Source: Octopus vulgaris
Taxonomy: Eukaryota
Reading direction: 5' to 3'
Length of the DNA: 64,000 nt
Assembly: GCA_951406725.2 (NCBI GenBank)
Contig: OX597819.1
Span: 30,628,001 to 30,692,000, forward strand
Shown here: one piece after another, positions 1-13,856 of the stretch
Layout: each line of letters opens with the position of its first letter
How positions within the stretch are numbered: position 1 is the stretch's first letter
Made by a program: the position numbers and the translations under genes
Notes under the pieces: generated by a model
Told to the model about the DNA's origin: nothing
Databases searched by the model: none
Seen by the model: only the letters and a program-made list of their open reading frames with translations

Positions 1-1660
1 GAGAGCATTTTTTATTTTTTCCATTATACACAGGTGCTGAAGTTAGTATTTTCCAGTTTAATCTAAAATCTAAGTTCTTACTTTTAAGTTCCCAAATATA
101 TGCACTTAGCCCTGTAGAGTACATTCTATTTTTATTCCTAAAAGTATATCTATGATAATTCCATCTTTGTTTTATGCTATTCATAGTTGCCCCGATATAC
201 ACTCTACTACTCAATTGTGTATCTACAGTGCATTGGTAAACTACCTCCTTCCTGAGGCATTGATTACCAAATACACATTTATTTTTATTTCTGCAATTAC
301 AAAGATTAACAGAATGAGGAAATCTAAGATTGGGCACCACCCCTATACTACTATTCACATTATAAGTGTTACAATTGTTATCATCATCCAAACCCAAAAT
401 CAACGAATGAGTTAATTCACCATTATCGGCTATATTCCTATCACTAGTACTAGTATTGGTAGTAGTGGTATGATCTATTACATTTATATTATCTCTGACA
501 GGTATGGTGCACTCATTATTAGTAAGGAGGTTGCTCCCATTTGTTCCAAGAAAATTTCTATTCCTATTATTAATGAAGGGGGGCAAGTTTTCCTGGTCTA
601 AATTCAATTTTCTATTCTTATAGAAGTGATCCAGTTTCTTGTTATTAAAAGAGGAGATGATGGTGGCTAGATTATGAGTAATGCTATATCCCACTCTAAC
701 AGTACCGTTGTTAATTAAAGGACTAAATTTATTCCTATCCTTACCAAAATGCCTAAAAATAATATTATGCAAAGCTCTCACTATGTTTGTTTTAATCTGC
801 ATTGCATACGGGATAATCAACCAAAGAGTATCCTTATCAGAATTAGGATTGCCTATAGAATTAATGTTATTTGTAAAAATCCTATTCGTAGACCAACTCA
901 TAGGATTACTATTCTTACCACTGTCATTGTTATATCTATCTATATCAATATTACCATGGTTATTGCGCAAGTAAACTTTACCATTATCATGTCTACCATA
1001 AGTTTTAATTCGTATATTATTATTAATATTACTACTACTACTCGTATGTTTAGATCTATTTGAGCTACCGTTCATCTTTCCAAGGTTAACGTCACTTCTA
1101 CATTTATTATAGGTGTTATCATATATTCTGTTTTTACTATTCTTATGTATATTGTTGATTATCCTAAATCTATTTGTGTTGTTCTTGATAGTTCTACCTC
1201 CATTAGGGGGTTCCCCTTAGGTATAAACCAAATCTTACTTTTATATCCTGCCTTAAGTAGTGCTGCATTGTATCTATCACAGTGTTTGTTAAAAATTTCC
1301 TCGTTTGAGGATAAACTAGAAATTCTTTGACTAATGCTACGCACTAGTGCATTTTTAATTTGAGGGGGGTGATTACTAGAACGGTTAATGTATATTAGGT
1401 TAGAATTAGGTTTAATATAGGGTTCATGTAAACCATATTAGTAATGTTACAATTAACATCTAAATAATTAGCAGAATAATTTTCACTTTCAATGATAATA
1501 GATAGGCCGAAGCTTTTAAAAAATTTGTTTATTCTTTTTTTCAGAAGATCTAATCTCCTATTTGATGTATTCCTAACACAAAATAAGGCGTCATCCCTGT
1601 ATAATCCGCCTTTTAATTCAGGGAATTCCCTACTAAAGTTATCTAATAGATACATCAGCT
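1..1660 (-). mobile_element. Penelope-like retroelement (RT C-terminal half + GIY-YIG endonuclease), 5'-truncated, runs off window start
   Basis: Minus-strand translation: GLYRDDAL (RT catalytic motif), NYLDV, YINRSSNHPPQI, SISQRISSLSSNEEIF, LWLIIPY...TNI, VRVGYS..NL..IISSFN, then CNCR..C....CL..EVVYQCTV...RVYIGAT...KQRW..H...GLSAYIWELK..WKIL (GIY-YIG). Frameshifts near 1430 and 1205; frame open from about 1203 to 1. Confidence 0.92.
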
Positions 1661-1797
1661 TCCGTCTAGCATATCCACTCACGAGGCTTTGGTCGGCCCG
1701 AGGCTATAGTGGAAGACACTTGTCCAAGGTGCCACGCAGTGGGACTGAACCCGGAACCATGTGGTTGGTAACCAAGCTACTTACCTCACAGCCACTC
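1655..1797 (-). mobile_element. SINE family A, tRNA-like head fragment
   Basis: Matches the heads of full copies (e.g. 32560..32990); A-box-like GTGGCTGTGAGG and B-box-like GGTTCAGTCCC on minus strand; abuts (CATA)n. Confidence 0.85.
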
Positions 1798-1858
1798 TCA
1801 TATACATACATACATACATACATACATACATACATACATACATACATACATACATACA

Positions 1859-1884
<26 letters not shown>

Positions 1885-1890
<6 letters not shown>

Positions 1891-2520
1891 CAGGGAAGAA
1901 GCTTTCTGTTTCTTCAGAGCTCCCGGTATTTCACCAACCTCATTGGACAATATTCTGGGAGTGGCAAAGTTGAACTGCTTTGAATTCCTTTGTTAGTTTA
2001 ATACGTGTTGGCGATCATATTTGAGTGAAAAAACCCAGAAGACTGCTGACGAATCTTCTCTCCGTGACTTCTTACAAAGCTTCATAACTTCTCTGGTTCT
2101 GAAAGTTCTAAGAATTCGTTCTGCCAATTGCCAATTGCCAAAGCATTGTTGCCACCTGAGTATTATGTGCATGAAACGATGCGTCATTATTTATATTCAC
2201 GCCCAAATTATGCACTGACTGCGACACAAACCCCGTAAACCCCCACCCTCTTGTCGTGTTTATCTTGGTTGCGAACGAACAGCGAAGCATTTCAAATTTC
2301 GAATTTCCTAGGATTAAATTCCGTGTTTGTTTGTTTTATTCAACCCACTTCTGTATTGCATTCAAGTGCGGTTGTAAATTTGCGACAACATCGGGGCTCT
2401 TTATTGCTTCTGATGATATTTTCGTATCGTTCGCATAGAATGAAGTAATAGTTGTCTTTGCAACTAAGAGTTTATCCTGGAGGGTCACGACAAACAGTAA
2501 TGCACCGAGACAGTTCCATT
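1885..2520 (-). mobile_element. Decayed CR1/L2/Jockey-group LINE RT fragment
   Basis: Minus-strand pieces LGALLFV, FYANDTKI..I.S....LQ..L..I.KW, KFEML, NLGVNI..D.SF..H, ILRTFRTR; contains stops and frameshifts. Confidence 0.72.
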
Positions 2521-2559
2521 AAGAATTATCATTAAGAATTGATATTTCCTTAGGCTGCA

Positions 2560-3415
2560 ACTGCCATTTCCTTTGGCTGCAACTGCTAACTTTTTCCTCA
2601 CAGACAGTCATGCAACTCCCCTCTAATTCACATGAGGTTATCTACCTCATGTATGCAGGCTTCATCTATGGTTGCGCTTTGACACTTTCGGGTTAGTAGA
2701 TGTCTTCAAAGGAATACAATGTGAGATTCAAATGATGTTTGAATCGATGTTAAGCGCTTGCCACTTTGTTTTCATTTTAAGTAGAAGTGATCTGTATCAG
2801 TGTTAATATGGAAATTTCTAGTGTTGGCTAGTTGTTTTTAGCTTAACATCAATTACTCAGAAGGTGTCTAGCGTAAAAGCCAGCTGCACAAATACTGATA
2901 AGAGTATTGGTATAGCAAAGATACTATGGGTTATGATTTATTGAAAACAAATAATTATGAGAACCATATTATCTGGGTGTTTTATACTATTGGTTGTATG
3001 TTTCTTGTTAAAAGTGCTACCATAGGATAGAATTTCGTCCATCCTTAATTACCTGTAATATTCCTCGTCGGATATTGCAGAAGTAGTCAGACTATTGACA
3101 GAGATCTTGCCAAACAGGCGTGTAGATTTTTCTCATTTTACCATCAATTAGGAATATTTATCCTGGCCAAACTCCATCTCTGTATTTTTTAGAGATATCA
3201 TAACCAGCTCAATACTCTTCTTCGTACCATTCAAATATTTTTAGCATATACTTTCAAGCTGTCTACCAAGAAGCTATCTATCGGGTTGGTGTTTCTATCT
3301 TCCTGTGAACCCTTCACCTACTCTCTAAATTTCCTCAAGAAAAAGGACACAGGATTTAGTAAAAATATAAACAGCAACGCAGATAAACTGTCGCCTTGAA
3401 AGATATCTCCGCGAT
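2560..3415 (-). mobile_element. Decayed R4/Dong-like (RLE-type) non-LTR retrotransposon RT fragment
   Basis: Minus-strand GDIFQGDSLSALLFIFLLNPVS and FLVDSLKVYAKN...MEFGQDK resemble GIFQGDSLSPLLF and LFMDDLKLYAK...GMEFGLDK of R4-clade RTs. Confidence 0.72.
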
Positions 3416-3828
3416 GTTAAAGGCGGTGCTCCAGCATGGCCACAGTCACATGACTGAAACAAGTAAAAGAGTAAAAGAGAGAGAGAGAGAAAGAGAGATG
3501 TTGTATGGCACCTGTGACTAAAAAACTAGTCCCCGTATTTTAAGTTGCGAATAGTGGCTGAGAGCAAAGTCATGTTGTCTATGGCCTTGATTATGGTACC
3601 TGGAAGAGTAGTAATTCGAAGAAACTCTAACATCCACAAGTCGGGAACAGAATTGACGTTTCCTTGAAATTCAGCCGAACTAAGTTCCTCCTATGTCACT
3701 GCCCTCTGACGTAGTATTGTTAATCAAAAGTTGCTCAACGCGTGCCCAAAAGCCTTTCATCTCAGGTTTTGTTCAGCTATGATGATATTATAGCTATCAT
3801 ATGATCATTGAGAATTAATTCATACAGG

Positions 3829-4055
3829 CTCTTTTACTCTTTTACTCTTTTACTTGTTTCAGTCATTTGACTGCGGCCATGCTGGAGCACCGCCTTTAAT
3901 CGAGCAACTCGACCCCGGGATTTATTCTTTTGTAAGCCCAGTACTTATTCTATCGGTCTCTTTTGCCGAACCGCTAAGTTACGGGGACATAAACACACCA
4001 GCATCAGTTGTCAAGCAATGCTAGGGGGACAAACACAGATACACAAACACACACA

Positions 4056-4090
<35 letters not shown>

Positions 4091-4253
4091 GACGAGCTTC
4101 TTTCAGTTTCCGTCTACCAAATCCACTCACAAGGCTTTGGTCGGCCAGAGACTATAGTAGAAGACACTTGCCCAAGGTGCCACGCAGTGGGACTGAACCC
4201 GGAACCATGTGGTTGGTAAACAAGCTACTTACCACACACACACTCCTGCGCCT
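3829..4253 (-). mobile_element. SINE family A, full length (tRNA head, CORE-like CCTTGGGCAAG, internal (TA)/(TG) tract, (AGTAAAAG)n tail)
   Basis: Near-identical to copies at 11551, 32560, 41491 and 54958; the same tail occurs as a fragment at 3418..3480. Confidence 0.9.
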
Positions 4254-4713
4254 ATATATATTATATACGGCTATATATATTATATATGTTCTTCAACTTC
4301 TGGCATGCAATTATTTGGTAGTTTTTTGCAACGAAAGTGGCTTTGCTTTTTGGTATTGGATTTGTTTCTGCTAATGCCAACCACCTTGGTGATGATGTTC
4401 AATAAGACAACCCACATCCCTACCCACCCACCCACTGACAACGTCAGTATTTTGTACCAATATCCGGCAAACAAATCTCTTTGTGGGCCTTTCTACTCCT
4501 GAAGTTTTTCTATCACAATCTAAAGGATATCACCATTGAAACCGTACGTGTGTATGTATGTATGTATGTATCAATGTATGTATGTATGTATGTATGTTTG
4601 TATGTATGTATGTATGTATGTGTATGCATGCATGTTTATATGTCTGTTCGTATGCATGAATGCATGTTTGTATACATGTATGTATATCTGCATGCTTGTA
4701 CGCATGTTTATAT

Positions 4714-4754
<41 letters not shown>

Positions 4755-4755
<1 letters not shown>

Positions 4756-5064
4756 TGTATTTGATGGCCTATAAGATGCACGAGTGCATAGGACACACCT
4801 ACCCTAGCCTATACTTTTGTAAAATAGTCACTAAAATAATGTTTTAATTCCTCCACTAACCTGTATAACTGTATGGTATATATAAGCAATTTATTTCATC
4901 CACATTCGATATAAACATACCGTAGGCGATTGTTCACCAATAGACGGCAGCACACGTTTTGTAAAAATACATACCGTTTTGAGCTGCAATGGATGCAGGG
5001 GGATTTTAAAGCCATTTTGGGGTAAAAAACAAAAAACGTGCATCTTATGGGCCGTCAAATACGG
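4755..5064. mobile_element. MITE (Tc1/pogo-type, TA target)
   Basis: Imperfect 28-bp TIRs CTGTATTTGATGGCCTATAAGATGCACG / CGTGCATCTTATGGGCCGTCAAATACGG, flanked by TA on both sides. Confidence 0.8.
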
Positions 5065-5303
5065 TATATGCGTGCGCGCACGCGTGTGTGCACTTGAAAA
5101 CGAGAATAGGGTGATATTAATTAAAGTAAACACATTAGGGTGTGTATCCATAAAGTTATATGCATATATCATATATCATATATCATAAATATTAGTATAT
5201 GCATATGTATGCATATACATATGTATACATAGATGAATGCATATGTATACACACCCACATATATATATATATACATATATCTATACACACACACACACAC
5301 ACG

Positions 5304-5361
<58 letters not shown>

Positions 5362-5397
5362 CATATATCTATACACACACACACGCACACACGCACG

Positions 5398-5461
<64 letters not shown>

Positions 5462-5859
5462 GCATATATACATACATACAGTGATAAGTATGTACGAGAT
5501 ATTTGACTTTTCTAGGAAATGAAGTCACTCATGTATGCATAGATTATTGCAATTTTAGTATATCATTTCAATACATCTAATAATCTGAGATGCCAACTTT
5601 TGTTATTCCAGACTGAAAGAGGCGGCTGTAACAGCACTTAGAACACACTTCACTAGTACTAATCACAGCTGACTAGTTTGCAGGATAACAGGCGAGAAAT
5701 GAAGACACTATGGTAGTTCGCTATACAACAAAATGTTGTGCTATACTGTGTACAAACGCTACAGACACTTATGATTATGGATTAATTTGTATAAGCCACG
5801 CACCTGGGACAAGAAGGTCAAGGACAGTAGGGAGGAGGATAAGTCTGGTTATCAGAGCT

Positions 5860-6250
5860 GGTTGCGAAAAATTGCAATTTTCTGGATGAAGACCGTCGTA
5901 TGTCTGTGGAGAGAATAAGCACACCGTTCGGAGTTGGGGTGACAACTGTACACGGAATTGTTGTCGAAGATCTAAACATGCGCAAAATTTGTGCAAAGTT
6001 TGTTTCCAGGGCGCTCAGTGATGAGCGTTCTGGTAACCAGAGAGTAGGCATCGAAACTGGACCTCACCCTCCATACAGTTCAGACCTTGCTCCCTGTGAC
6101 TCTTTTAATGTTCTCCAAGCTGAAAGAGAGCGTCAGGGGCAGTCATTTTGAAAATGTAGAAGGCTATGACAAGGACCTTGGACTTCTTCATTTTGGAAGA
6201 GTTCTATGGGGCTTTTCATGAAGTGGTTGGAACGATATAGCAAGTGTATT
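5860..6250 (+). mobile_element. Internally deleted mariner transposase relic
   Basis: DEDRRMSV..IS...GV...TVH.IV.EDLNMRKICAKFVSRAL (HTH and WVPREL-like) joined to PHPPYSSDLAPCD (YSPDLAPxD). Confidence 0.8.
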
Positions 6251-6289
6251 CTACCTTAAGAATTGTACACCCTTAAGAATTTAGTTAGC

Positions 6290-9228
6290 GCTTCGTCATT
6301 TCCTAGTGCGTTCCTTGCTTCTTTTTTTAGCGCTCGCTTGAAAGTATGTACGAATCATTCTGCTTGCCCATTTGACCTTGGGTGGTAGAGTGGGGTAAAT
6401 ATGTGCTTGATTTCATGCATTTTGAAGAATTTCTTGAACTCGTATCCTGTAAACTGTGCTCCATTGTCCAATACGTTGGTGTCCAGAACACCGTGTTGAG
6501 CAAAAAGTTCGTGCTGGAGTTTTATTGTTGCCTTAGAGGTATGTTGGCTGCACCTACATACTTCCGGTCACTGATAAAGCTATCAACAATGATCAAGTAG
6601 TACGCACCATCGCTGGTCCAGCGTCGTCTATATGTACCCTGGACCACGGACTATTCGTCTCAGGCCATGATTGGTATTTCACCGGTGGTGCCTTGGCAGC
6701 TAGCACACAACCGCTACATGATTTTACCAATTTTTCAATGTTCCAGTCCATCATTGGCCAATACACATAACTCCTCATCAAACCTTTCATTCTTGACGTC
6801 CCCGGGTGTCCTCTATGAAAGCCATATAATATCCGTTTCTGTAGTGCAGTTGGTACTACCACTCTTTGTGCGTACATTAATGCATCGTCGTAGAATAAAA
6901 ATAATTCGCATTCGTGTTTCTCTTTTGTTAATTTTTCAAGGTTTCCTTAATTTTTATGATGTATTTGTCCTCCGCTGATTTACTTTTTATATCTTGTACA
7001 GTCACTGGCAACTCCTGAATGACATAACGCAAAACGTTTTTAATTTCCTTTTCTAATTGTAATGCGGCTATCACCGTATCTTCCAGCGGTTCCGCATTCT
7101 TCGGAATTAGCCTAGATAAACAATCCGCATGGCCAATTTTCTTAAAAGGAATGTACTCCATCTTATAGTTGTAATTTGACAATATTGTACCCCAACGTTG
7201 TAATCTGTTAGCTGTATGGGTAGGGATTCTTTTCTTCGATCCGAAAATTGATAGTAGCGGCCGGTGGTCCGTCTGAAGCCGAAAACTTCTACCGTGGAGA
7301 AATCTGTGAAATTTCTTCACGGCAAAAATAATCGCTAGAGCTTCTTTATCTGACCTTAATTTTTTTCTGCTCCAATCAGAGCAGGTAAGGCATGAACCAC
7401 CGCCTTCATATTACCGTCTTTATATTTGTGTAGCAAAATTGCTCCTACGCCGAATTCAGAAGCGTCAGAAGCTACAACAATCTCCGCTGCAGGATCCAAA
7501 TGAACCAGCGACAAATGCGAAATTAATTTTTTTTAATATCCTGAAAAGTCCTTTGACAGTTATTTGACCAATTCTATTTGGCGTCTTTCTTTACCAAATT
7601 ATTAAGTGGAGCTCTCAATTCATACACGTTTGGTATGTAATTTTGTTCGGTAGGTCACGGAAAGCTTACAATATCGATTTGTTAGTTGGGGGAGGCATAT
7701 TTTTAATTGCGTCTGCCCTCTACAGGTCAGGTCCTCTTCCATTTTTATCTATAATTTGTCCCAAATATTTAATTTTAGGCAAAAAAATTCACATTTCTCT
7801 TCACTGAGTTTGAAACCGTAATCTCTTATTTTTTGAAACACACATTTCACATGTTCGACATACTGATCATGAGGTTCACTTTTAATTAATACATCATCGA
7901 GGTATGGAATTGCAAATTGACAGTCCACCAACATCGCATCAATAACCTGTTGAAATATTGCGGCTTTCAGACCAAATGGCAATCTATTATATTTGTAAAA
8001 TCCTCTATGCGTATTCACTCTTAGAAGCTTCGAGCATTCCTCGTCTACTTGAATTTGTAGATACGCATCAGATAGATCCAGTTTCAAAAATACTTTGCCA
8101 CCATTTAATTTTGCAAAAATGAGTAGACGATAGATAGCGGCACATTTTTAAAGTCATTCAAACCAGTAGAAAAATCGGCACACACCTTGGTTTTGCTATT
8201 TCTTTTAAATAGACACAGATGATGCTGCCGCCCACTTAGAATAATCTACTTTTTGGATAATTCCTAATTTCTCCAGTCTGTCTAATTCTTCCTGTATCTG
8301 CTTTATCGCAGCAAATGGTACCTTTCTATTAGGTTTGAATGCAGGTACGACGTTTTCCTTTATTTGAAAACAGGCCTCAATCTTAGAACAGAGACCTAAT
8401 TTATCCGACAGCACTTTAGGAGACAAGTTTTTAATCTTTTCTTCAATTCAACTGCTGAGTTATTTTCACTGATGGACAGCTGTTTATTTTTTTACAGAAC
8501 AGACTTATGGGGAGGCCCCATAAGTCAAACAACTCCAACCAGTTCGCACCGAACAGATTGATTGCGTTTTTTACCACGAAACGTTTACCACGAAAACGAA
8601 ATGTCATATCATTCTACATTTCGCCTACGAAATGTAGTTTTTCACCTGTCATGCCTCGTGCTATTTTTGGTGTTTTCTTAACGTAAGTTTCCCAGTTCTT
8701 TTCCATGTGTCGGTATTAATAATCGAGATCTTGCTACTAATATCTAGTTGTAATTTAATATTCACTCTGTTTACTTTTACAAGTACAAATTTCCTCTTTT
8801 CGGTGCCGCTTCTACTTTCTGTAGAGAAAACTTCAGAATTTTTTATGTTCCACCTTCCTAACTTTGCTCTGCAATATGAGCTCTTGTTTCCTACTTTTTG
8901 TCAACCGTAACATTTTTGAGATTTGAAAGGACAATCCTTTCTGAAATGTAGGGCTCCACTTCCGTAGCATGGTTTGGTCTTAACATTTTTATTGTTTCTT
9001 TATACCTTCCCGGTCGGCACACTTGTACTTGTGAGAATTCCTTCTCTTCAATTTTCTTTACGTCCTGACGCAAGTTAACATTCTTTGACACTCTTCTGCA
9101 ACCGTCTGCAGGGTTAAACTTTAGTCCGCTTGTTCAAGTTTTGTGAGAATTCTTACACGTATCTCCGTGTCTTTGTTTGCCGTAAGCTCTTGTACATAAA
9201 TGAGGCACTTCAGTTTAAACCTTTTGCA
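6290..9228 (-). mobile_element. Decayed Gypsy LTR retrotransposon internal region (gag-pol; Mag/K02A2.6-like), no LTRs seen
   Basis: RT KLDLSDAYLQ...YNRLPFGL...YLDDVLI; RNase H LQTDHRPLLSIFG...RLQRWG; integrase H-GHPG...YVYWP...C..C, PWSRVHID; gag FKLKCLIYVQ.L...D.EIR.RIL.KLEQ; many frameshifts. Confidence 0.92.
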
Positions 9229-9229
9229 C

Positions 9230-9415
9230 ATCTCGTAGATGTTCGGTGAACCGGTCGGCAGCCAGCGGCCCGTCTGACCAACGTAGAGATTAGACCTAAT
9301 GCAATAGATAAGGCTTGAAGAGGGGCAGGAGAAGGAATTTCTAATGTGAAGAGTGTGCTGGTTTGATACAGTGAGGGAGGCGGTGTTGGTGATGAAAGGG
9401 CAGGTGTGGCAGCCT
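9230..9415 (-). mobile_element. GIY-YIG endonuclease fragment of a Penelope-like element
   Basis: CHTCPFI...FSCPSSSLIYCIR...LYVGQTGR on minus strand. Confidence 0.78.
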
Positions 9416-9737
9416 ATATATATATATATGTATATATATACATACACACATATATATACGTAAATACATGTATATGTATTTATATTCATATATGTAAACG
9501 CATACATATGTATAAGTGTATGTGTGTGCGTGTGTGTGTGGTGTTATTTATGTATGTATATATGTATGCCATGTAAAGATATTAGACAGAATAATGGATA
9601 TAGCATTTTAACTATTTTTTTATATTGATGATAAGACAAATTCAGAACTTTCATAGTCTGTATATGTTTTCATATGCATTATGTAACCCTTGTAGTCGAA
9701 CTTCATGACATATCCGTCTGTTTTGCTTTTGTCTATT

Positions 9738-9792
9738 GCTGTTGTTGTTGCTGTTGTTGTTGTTGTTGTTGTTGTCGTCGTCGTCGTTGTCG

Positions 9793-9865
<73 letters not shown>
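9738..9865. repeat. (TTG/CTG/TCG)n trinucleotide microsatellite
   Basis: Direct inspection. Confidence 0.95.
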
Positions 9866-9869
<4 letters not shown>

Positions 9870-10174
9870 ATTTAAATATAAGTAAAAATGTATGACCTAT
9901 CTGATTTCCAAAGACAACTTGTTGAAGTGTGGAAGACTGGCGCTTCAGTCACTAAAACTGAATTGTTTAATGTTTCGAGAAGTATTGTTTCTGAAATTAT
10001 GTTGGTATTCCAAAACTAAGGTCAAATCAGAGAGAGAGACCACTGAATAGTGAAATGTATTGCGTCAAAGACCTATTGAAACCCAACGAAAGTGACAGCA
10101 GTGCTAAACCGCCATCTTTCCAAGCTTGTGTCAACTAAAAGCGCTTGTCGTGAATTCCGTAAAGTTAGATACCT

Positions 10175-10400
10175 ATTTCTTTATTACCCACAAGGGGCTA
10201 AACACAGAGGGGACAAACAAGGACAAACAAAGGGATTAAGTCGATTCTATCGACCCCAGTGCGTAACTGGTCCTTAATTTATCGACCCCGAAAGGATGAA
10301 AGGCAAAGTCGACCTCGGCGGGATTTGAACTCAGAACGTAACGGCAGGCGAAATACCGCTAAGCATTTCGCCCGACGTGCTAACGATTCTGCCAACTCGC
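10175..10400 (-). mobile_element. SINE family B with 18-bp target-site duplication
   Basis: Core GCCTTTCATCCTTTCGGGGTCGATAAATTAAG, resembling the conserved central domain of Meta/Deu/Nin-type SINEs; TSD CCGTAAAGTTAGATACCT at 10157-10174 and 10400-10417. Confidence 0.9.
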
Positions 10401-10763
10401 CGTAAAGTTAGATACCTTGAACAGGATGCAGTTGCTCAACATATCCGGTCTCAATAAAAATTGATAAGCGGAAAAAATGGCATTCAGATTATCAGAGTAA
10501 TCAATCGTTCAATGTAACAATGCCATCTCTAATGAGTCATCCTCATTCATGTGGTACAAAGATCGTTCCCTGATGGTAGGGCAATCTTTCAGGACGAAAA
10601 TGCGTCGATTCACACGAATAATGATATTCAAAATTGGTACAAAAACAAAAAAAAAAATAGGTAAACCATTTGGTTATCCCCACCCACCCATACACACACA
10701 CACACACACACATACATACCAATCACCGGTTTGCAATATTATCGAACATTTATAATGCATATT

Positions 10764-11132
10764 CTTTTCTACTCTAGGCACAAGGCTCGAAATTTTGGGG
10801 GAGAGGGCAACTGGTACTTAATTTATCAACCCCAAAAGGATGAAAGGCAAAGTCAACCTCGGTAGAATTTGAACTCAGAACGTAAAGACAGACGAAATAC
10901 CTATTTCTTTACTACTCACAAGGGGCTAAACACAGAGGGGACAAACAAGGACAGACATAGGTATTAAGTCGATTACATCGACCCCATCGCGTAACTGGTA
11001 CTTAATTTATCGACCCCGAAAGGATGAAAGGCAAAGTCGACCTCGGCGGAATTTGAACTCAGAACGTAGCGACAGACGAAATACCACTAAGCATTTCGCC
11101 AGGCGTGCTAACGATTCTGCCAGCTCACCATC
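10764..11132 (-). mobile_element. Composite (dimeric) SINE family B with about 20-bp TSD
   Basis: Two core units in tandem, flanked by GAACATTTATRATGCATATT at about 10744-10763 and 11135-11154. Confidence 0.85.
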
Positions 11133-11550
11133 TTGAACATTTATGATGCATATTGGAGTAGCAAGTGAGGAGTTGCTTCCTTCCGCCATCGTCTAAAAAC
11201 TAAAGCAGGTTTTACTTGAAGAATGGTTCAGAATACCGCAAACTTCCATTCAAAGCCTGTGCTTGGCAATTTCTTGGCGTATTACAGCTGTGATTGATGC
11301 CGTAGTTGCATCAGCTCTATTATTTCATACTTTCTCTACCATTGTGAGATAAAAAAAATCTTCGGACTAACCACTTTCTTTTTCTTTTACACAGCGAGAC
11401 TATAATTGTATATTCATCACAAAAAAGGCTACACCATACATCCAAAAGTACTGTATACTGCACTGGAATAGAAACATTAATCCAAGTTGTCAGTGTATGA
11501 ACTGTTATGCAAATTAGATTTACCCAGTTTTGTAGCGAGTCCTGAAATAT

Positions 11551-11948
11551 ACTCTTTTACTCTTTTACTTGTTTCAGTCATTTGACTGCGGCCATGCTGG
11601 AGCACCGCCTTTAGTCGAGCAAACCGACCACGGGACTTATTCTTTGTAAGCCCAGTACTTATTCTATCGGTCACTTTTGCCGAACCGCTAAGTGACGGGG
11701 ATGTAAACACACCAGCATCGGTTGTCAAGCAATGCTAGGGGGACAAACACAGACACACAAACATACACACACACATATATATATATACATATACATATAT
11801 ACGACAGGCTTCTTTCAGTTTCCGTCTACCAAATCCACTCACAAGGCATTGGTCGGCCCGGGGCTATAGCAGAAGACACTTGCCCAAGGTGAACCCGGAA
11901 CCATGTGGTTGGTTAGCAAGCTACTTACCACACAGCCACTCCTGCGCC
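11551..11948 (-). mobile_element. SINE family A, full length
   Basis: Same head, internal microsatellite and tail as 3829..4253. Confidence 0.9.
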
Positions 11949-12205
11949 TCTATATATATACACAATAAATATATACACAATAAATAACTTTAAGCTACAA
12001 ATTTCTCTGTAGACAGAAGATGGATATTTTTTTCTCAGATGTAAGTGTAAGAAGACTACAAACTACTCGTGTCAATTCCTTTTTCTGCCTAAGGAGAGAT
12101 AAAACATATATAGCCACTGTTTTTATTTTTCACAGCAGGATTATACATTTTCGCATATCTAAAAAAATGGATGCATCGCATTTCAAATGTGTACGCACAC
12201 AAATG

Positions 12206-12242
<37 letters not shown>

Positions 12243-12624
12243 GTGTATATGCAGACATGTATATTATTACACACACATAAATTCACATATATATATACAT
12301 ATTATATATATATATATATACGTATATGTACATGCGTATATATGTGTGTGCCATAATATACATTTATATATATGAATATAAATGTATGCATGTATTCCCA
12401 TCTGGGTATATGCATAATTATTATAATCGCTCCCTCACAACACACCCAAAAAACAACACTTCACCCACTAACGCAAGATAGAAATTCTGACAGCTCCATG
12501 ACTATTTTTTGTGTTTACTCAAACACGGAATATAACACACACACACACATGCATACATACATGTATATGTATATGTACATATAGATGTATATATATATAT
12601 ATATATATATACATACATATGTGT

Positions 12625-12700
<76 letters not shown>

Positions 12701-12746
12701 AATATCTATGTATATATGTATATATATACATATATATGTATGCATG

Positions 12747-12802
<56 letters not shown>

Positions 12803-13258
12803 CACATATATAAATATACATACGCTGAAACATACATATGCATGGCTACGCCTGTTATAATCGCTTTTGTGATGGCTGTCGTCATAAGGACTCCACCTCC
12901 ACCTCCTCATCATCATCATCATGTCATCGTCATCGTCGTTGTCGTCATCGTCATCGTCGTTGTCGTCATCGTCCACATTGTATCACCGGCACCACTTAAC
13001 CGCAACACGTTCTCTTCTGCAAGAATCACTACTAATACAAGCACTACCACAAACCACCACAGACACCATCTATCATCGCATACGCAAGGCACAGCAGTGA
13101 ACCAACTTCGTTTCATCATCATAATCACGATCATCATCATCATCATCATCATCATCATCGTCTTCATCATCATCATCATCATTATCACCATTTAAAATGT
13201 ATACTTGCGTAACTTTTCCTTTTAGATATTTTGCAGCTAACTTCTTCCGCTTCCCCCC

Positions 13259-13339
<81 letters not shown>

Positions 13340-13505
13340 CTTTCTCCCTTTTTGTCACTCTCCCTTTTTCCTCTCTCTCACTACATATACAAATATATGT
13401 ACACACACACACATACATATATACATATATATAAATATATAAATATATATATATTAAATTAGAGATAAAACCACTATTAATAAGTTTGGATTTACTCCCT
13501 AATAT

Positions 13506-13545
<40 letters not shown>

Positions 13546-13686
13546 GCACATGTACATTGATATACATTAAACCGACATATGTGCAGACATGCATATACAC
13601 ACATTAACACACGTGTGTAAATGTGTATGCGTGCGCGCACATGTATGTGTGTGTGTGTGTGTGTGCATATGTGTAGTGTGCGTGTT

Positions 13687-13717
<31 letters not shown>

Positions 13718-13820
13718 GTGTGTATGTGTGTGTGTGTGTGTATGTGTGTGTATGATTTCAAAATGTAACTACATGTGGACTGTTGGCGATTTGTTTCCTC
13801 TTGGACTTTCCTCTGTCTCC

Positions 13821-13856
13821 GTTTTCTGAAGAATAGTTTTGTTCGAAACGTAAAAC
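13821..13856 (+). ncRNA. Minimal hammerhead ribozyme motif (decayed stem II)
   Basis: gtttt-CTGAAGA-A-tagt-ttt-gttc-GAAA-CG-TA-aaac. Confidence 0.6.

Larger units (their letters stand above)
9890..11330 (+). mobile_element. Highly decayed Tc1-type transposon interrupted by SINE B insertions
   Basis: Fragments DLSDFQR, GASVTKT..FNVSRS.VS.IM, AIFQDENASIHT, QSPVCNIIEHL, VLLEEWFRIP...I.AVIDA, in order across SINE insertions. Confidence 0.72.

Noticed and set aside
9121-9507. ORF fusing a GIY-YIG fragment to Gypsy gag
   Set aside because: Starts in a microsatellite and joins two truncated TE relics; a chance in-frame junction.
9674-9895. Poly-Cys ORF (metallothionein-like)
   Set aside because: Translation of a (TGT)n microsatellite.
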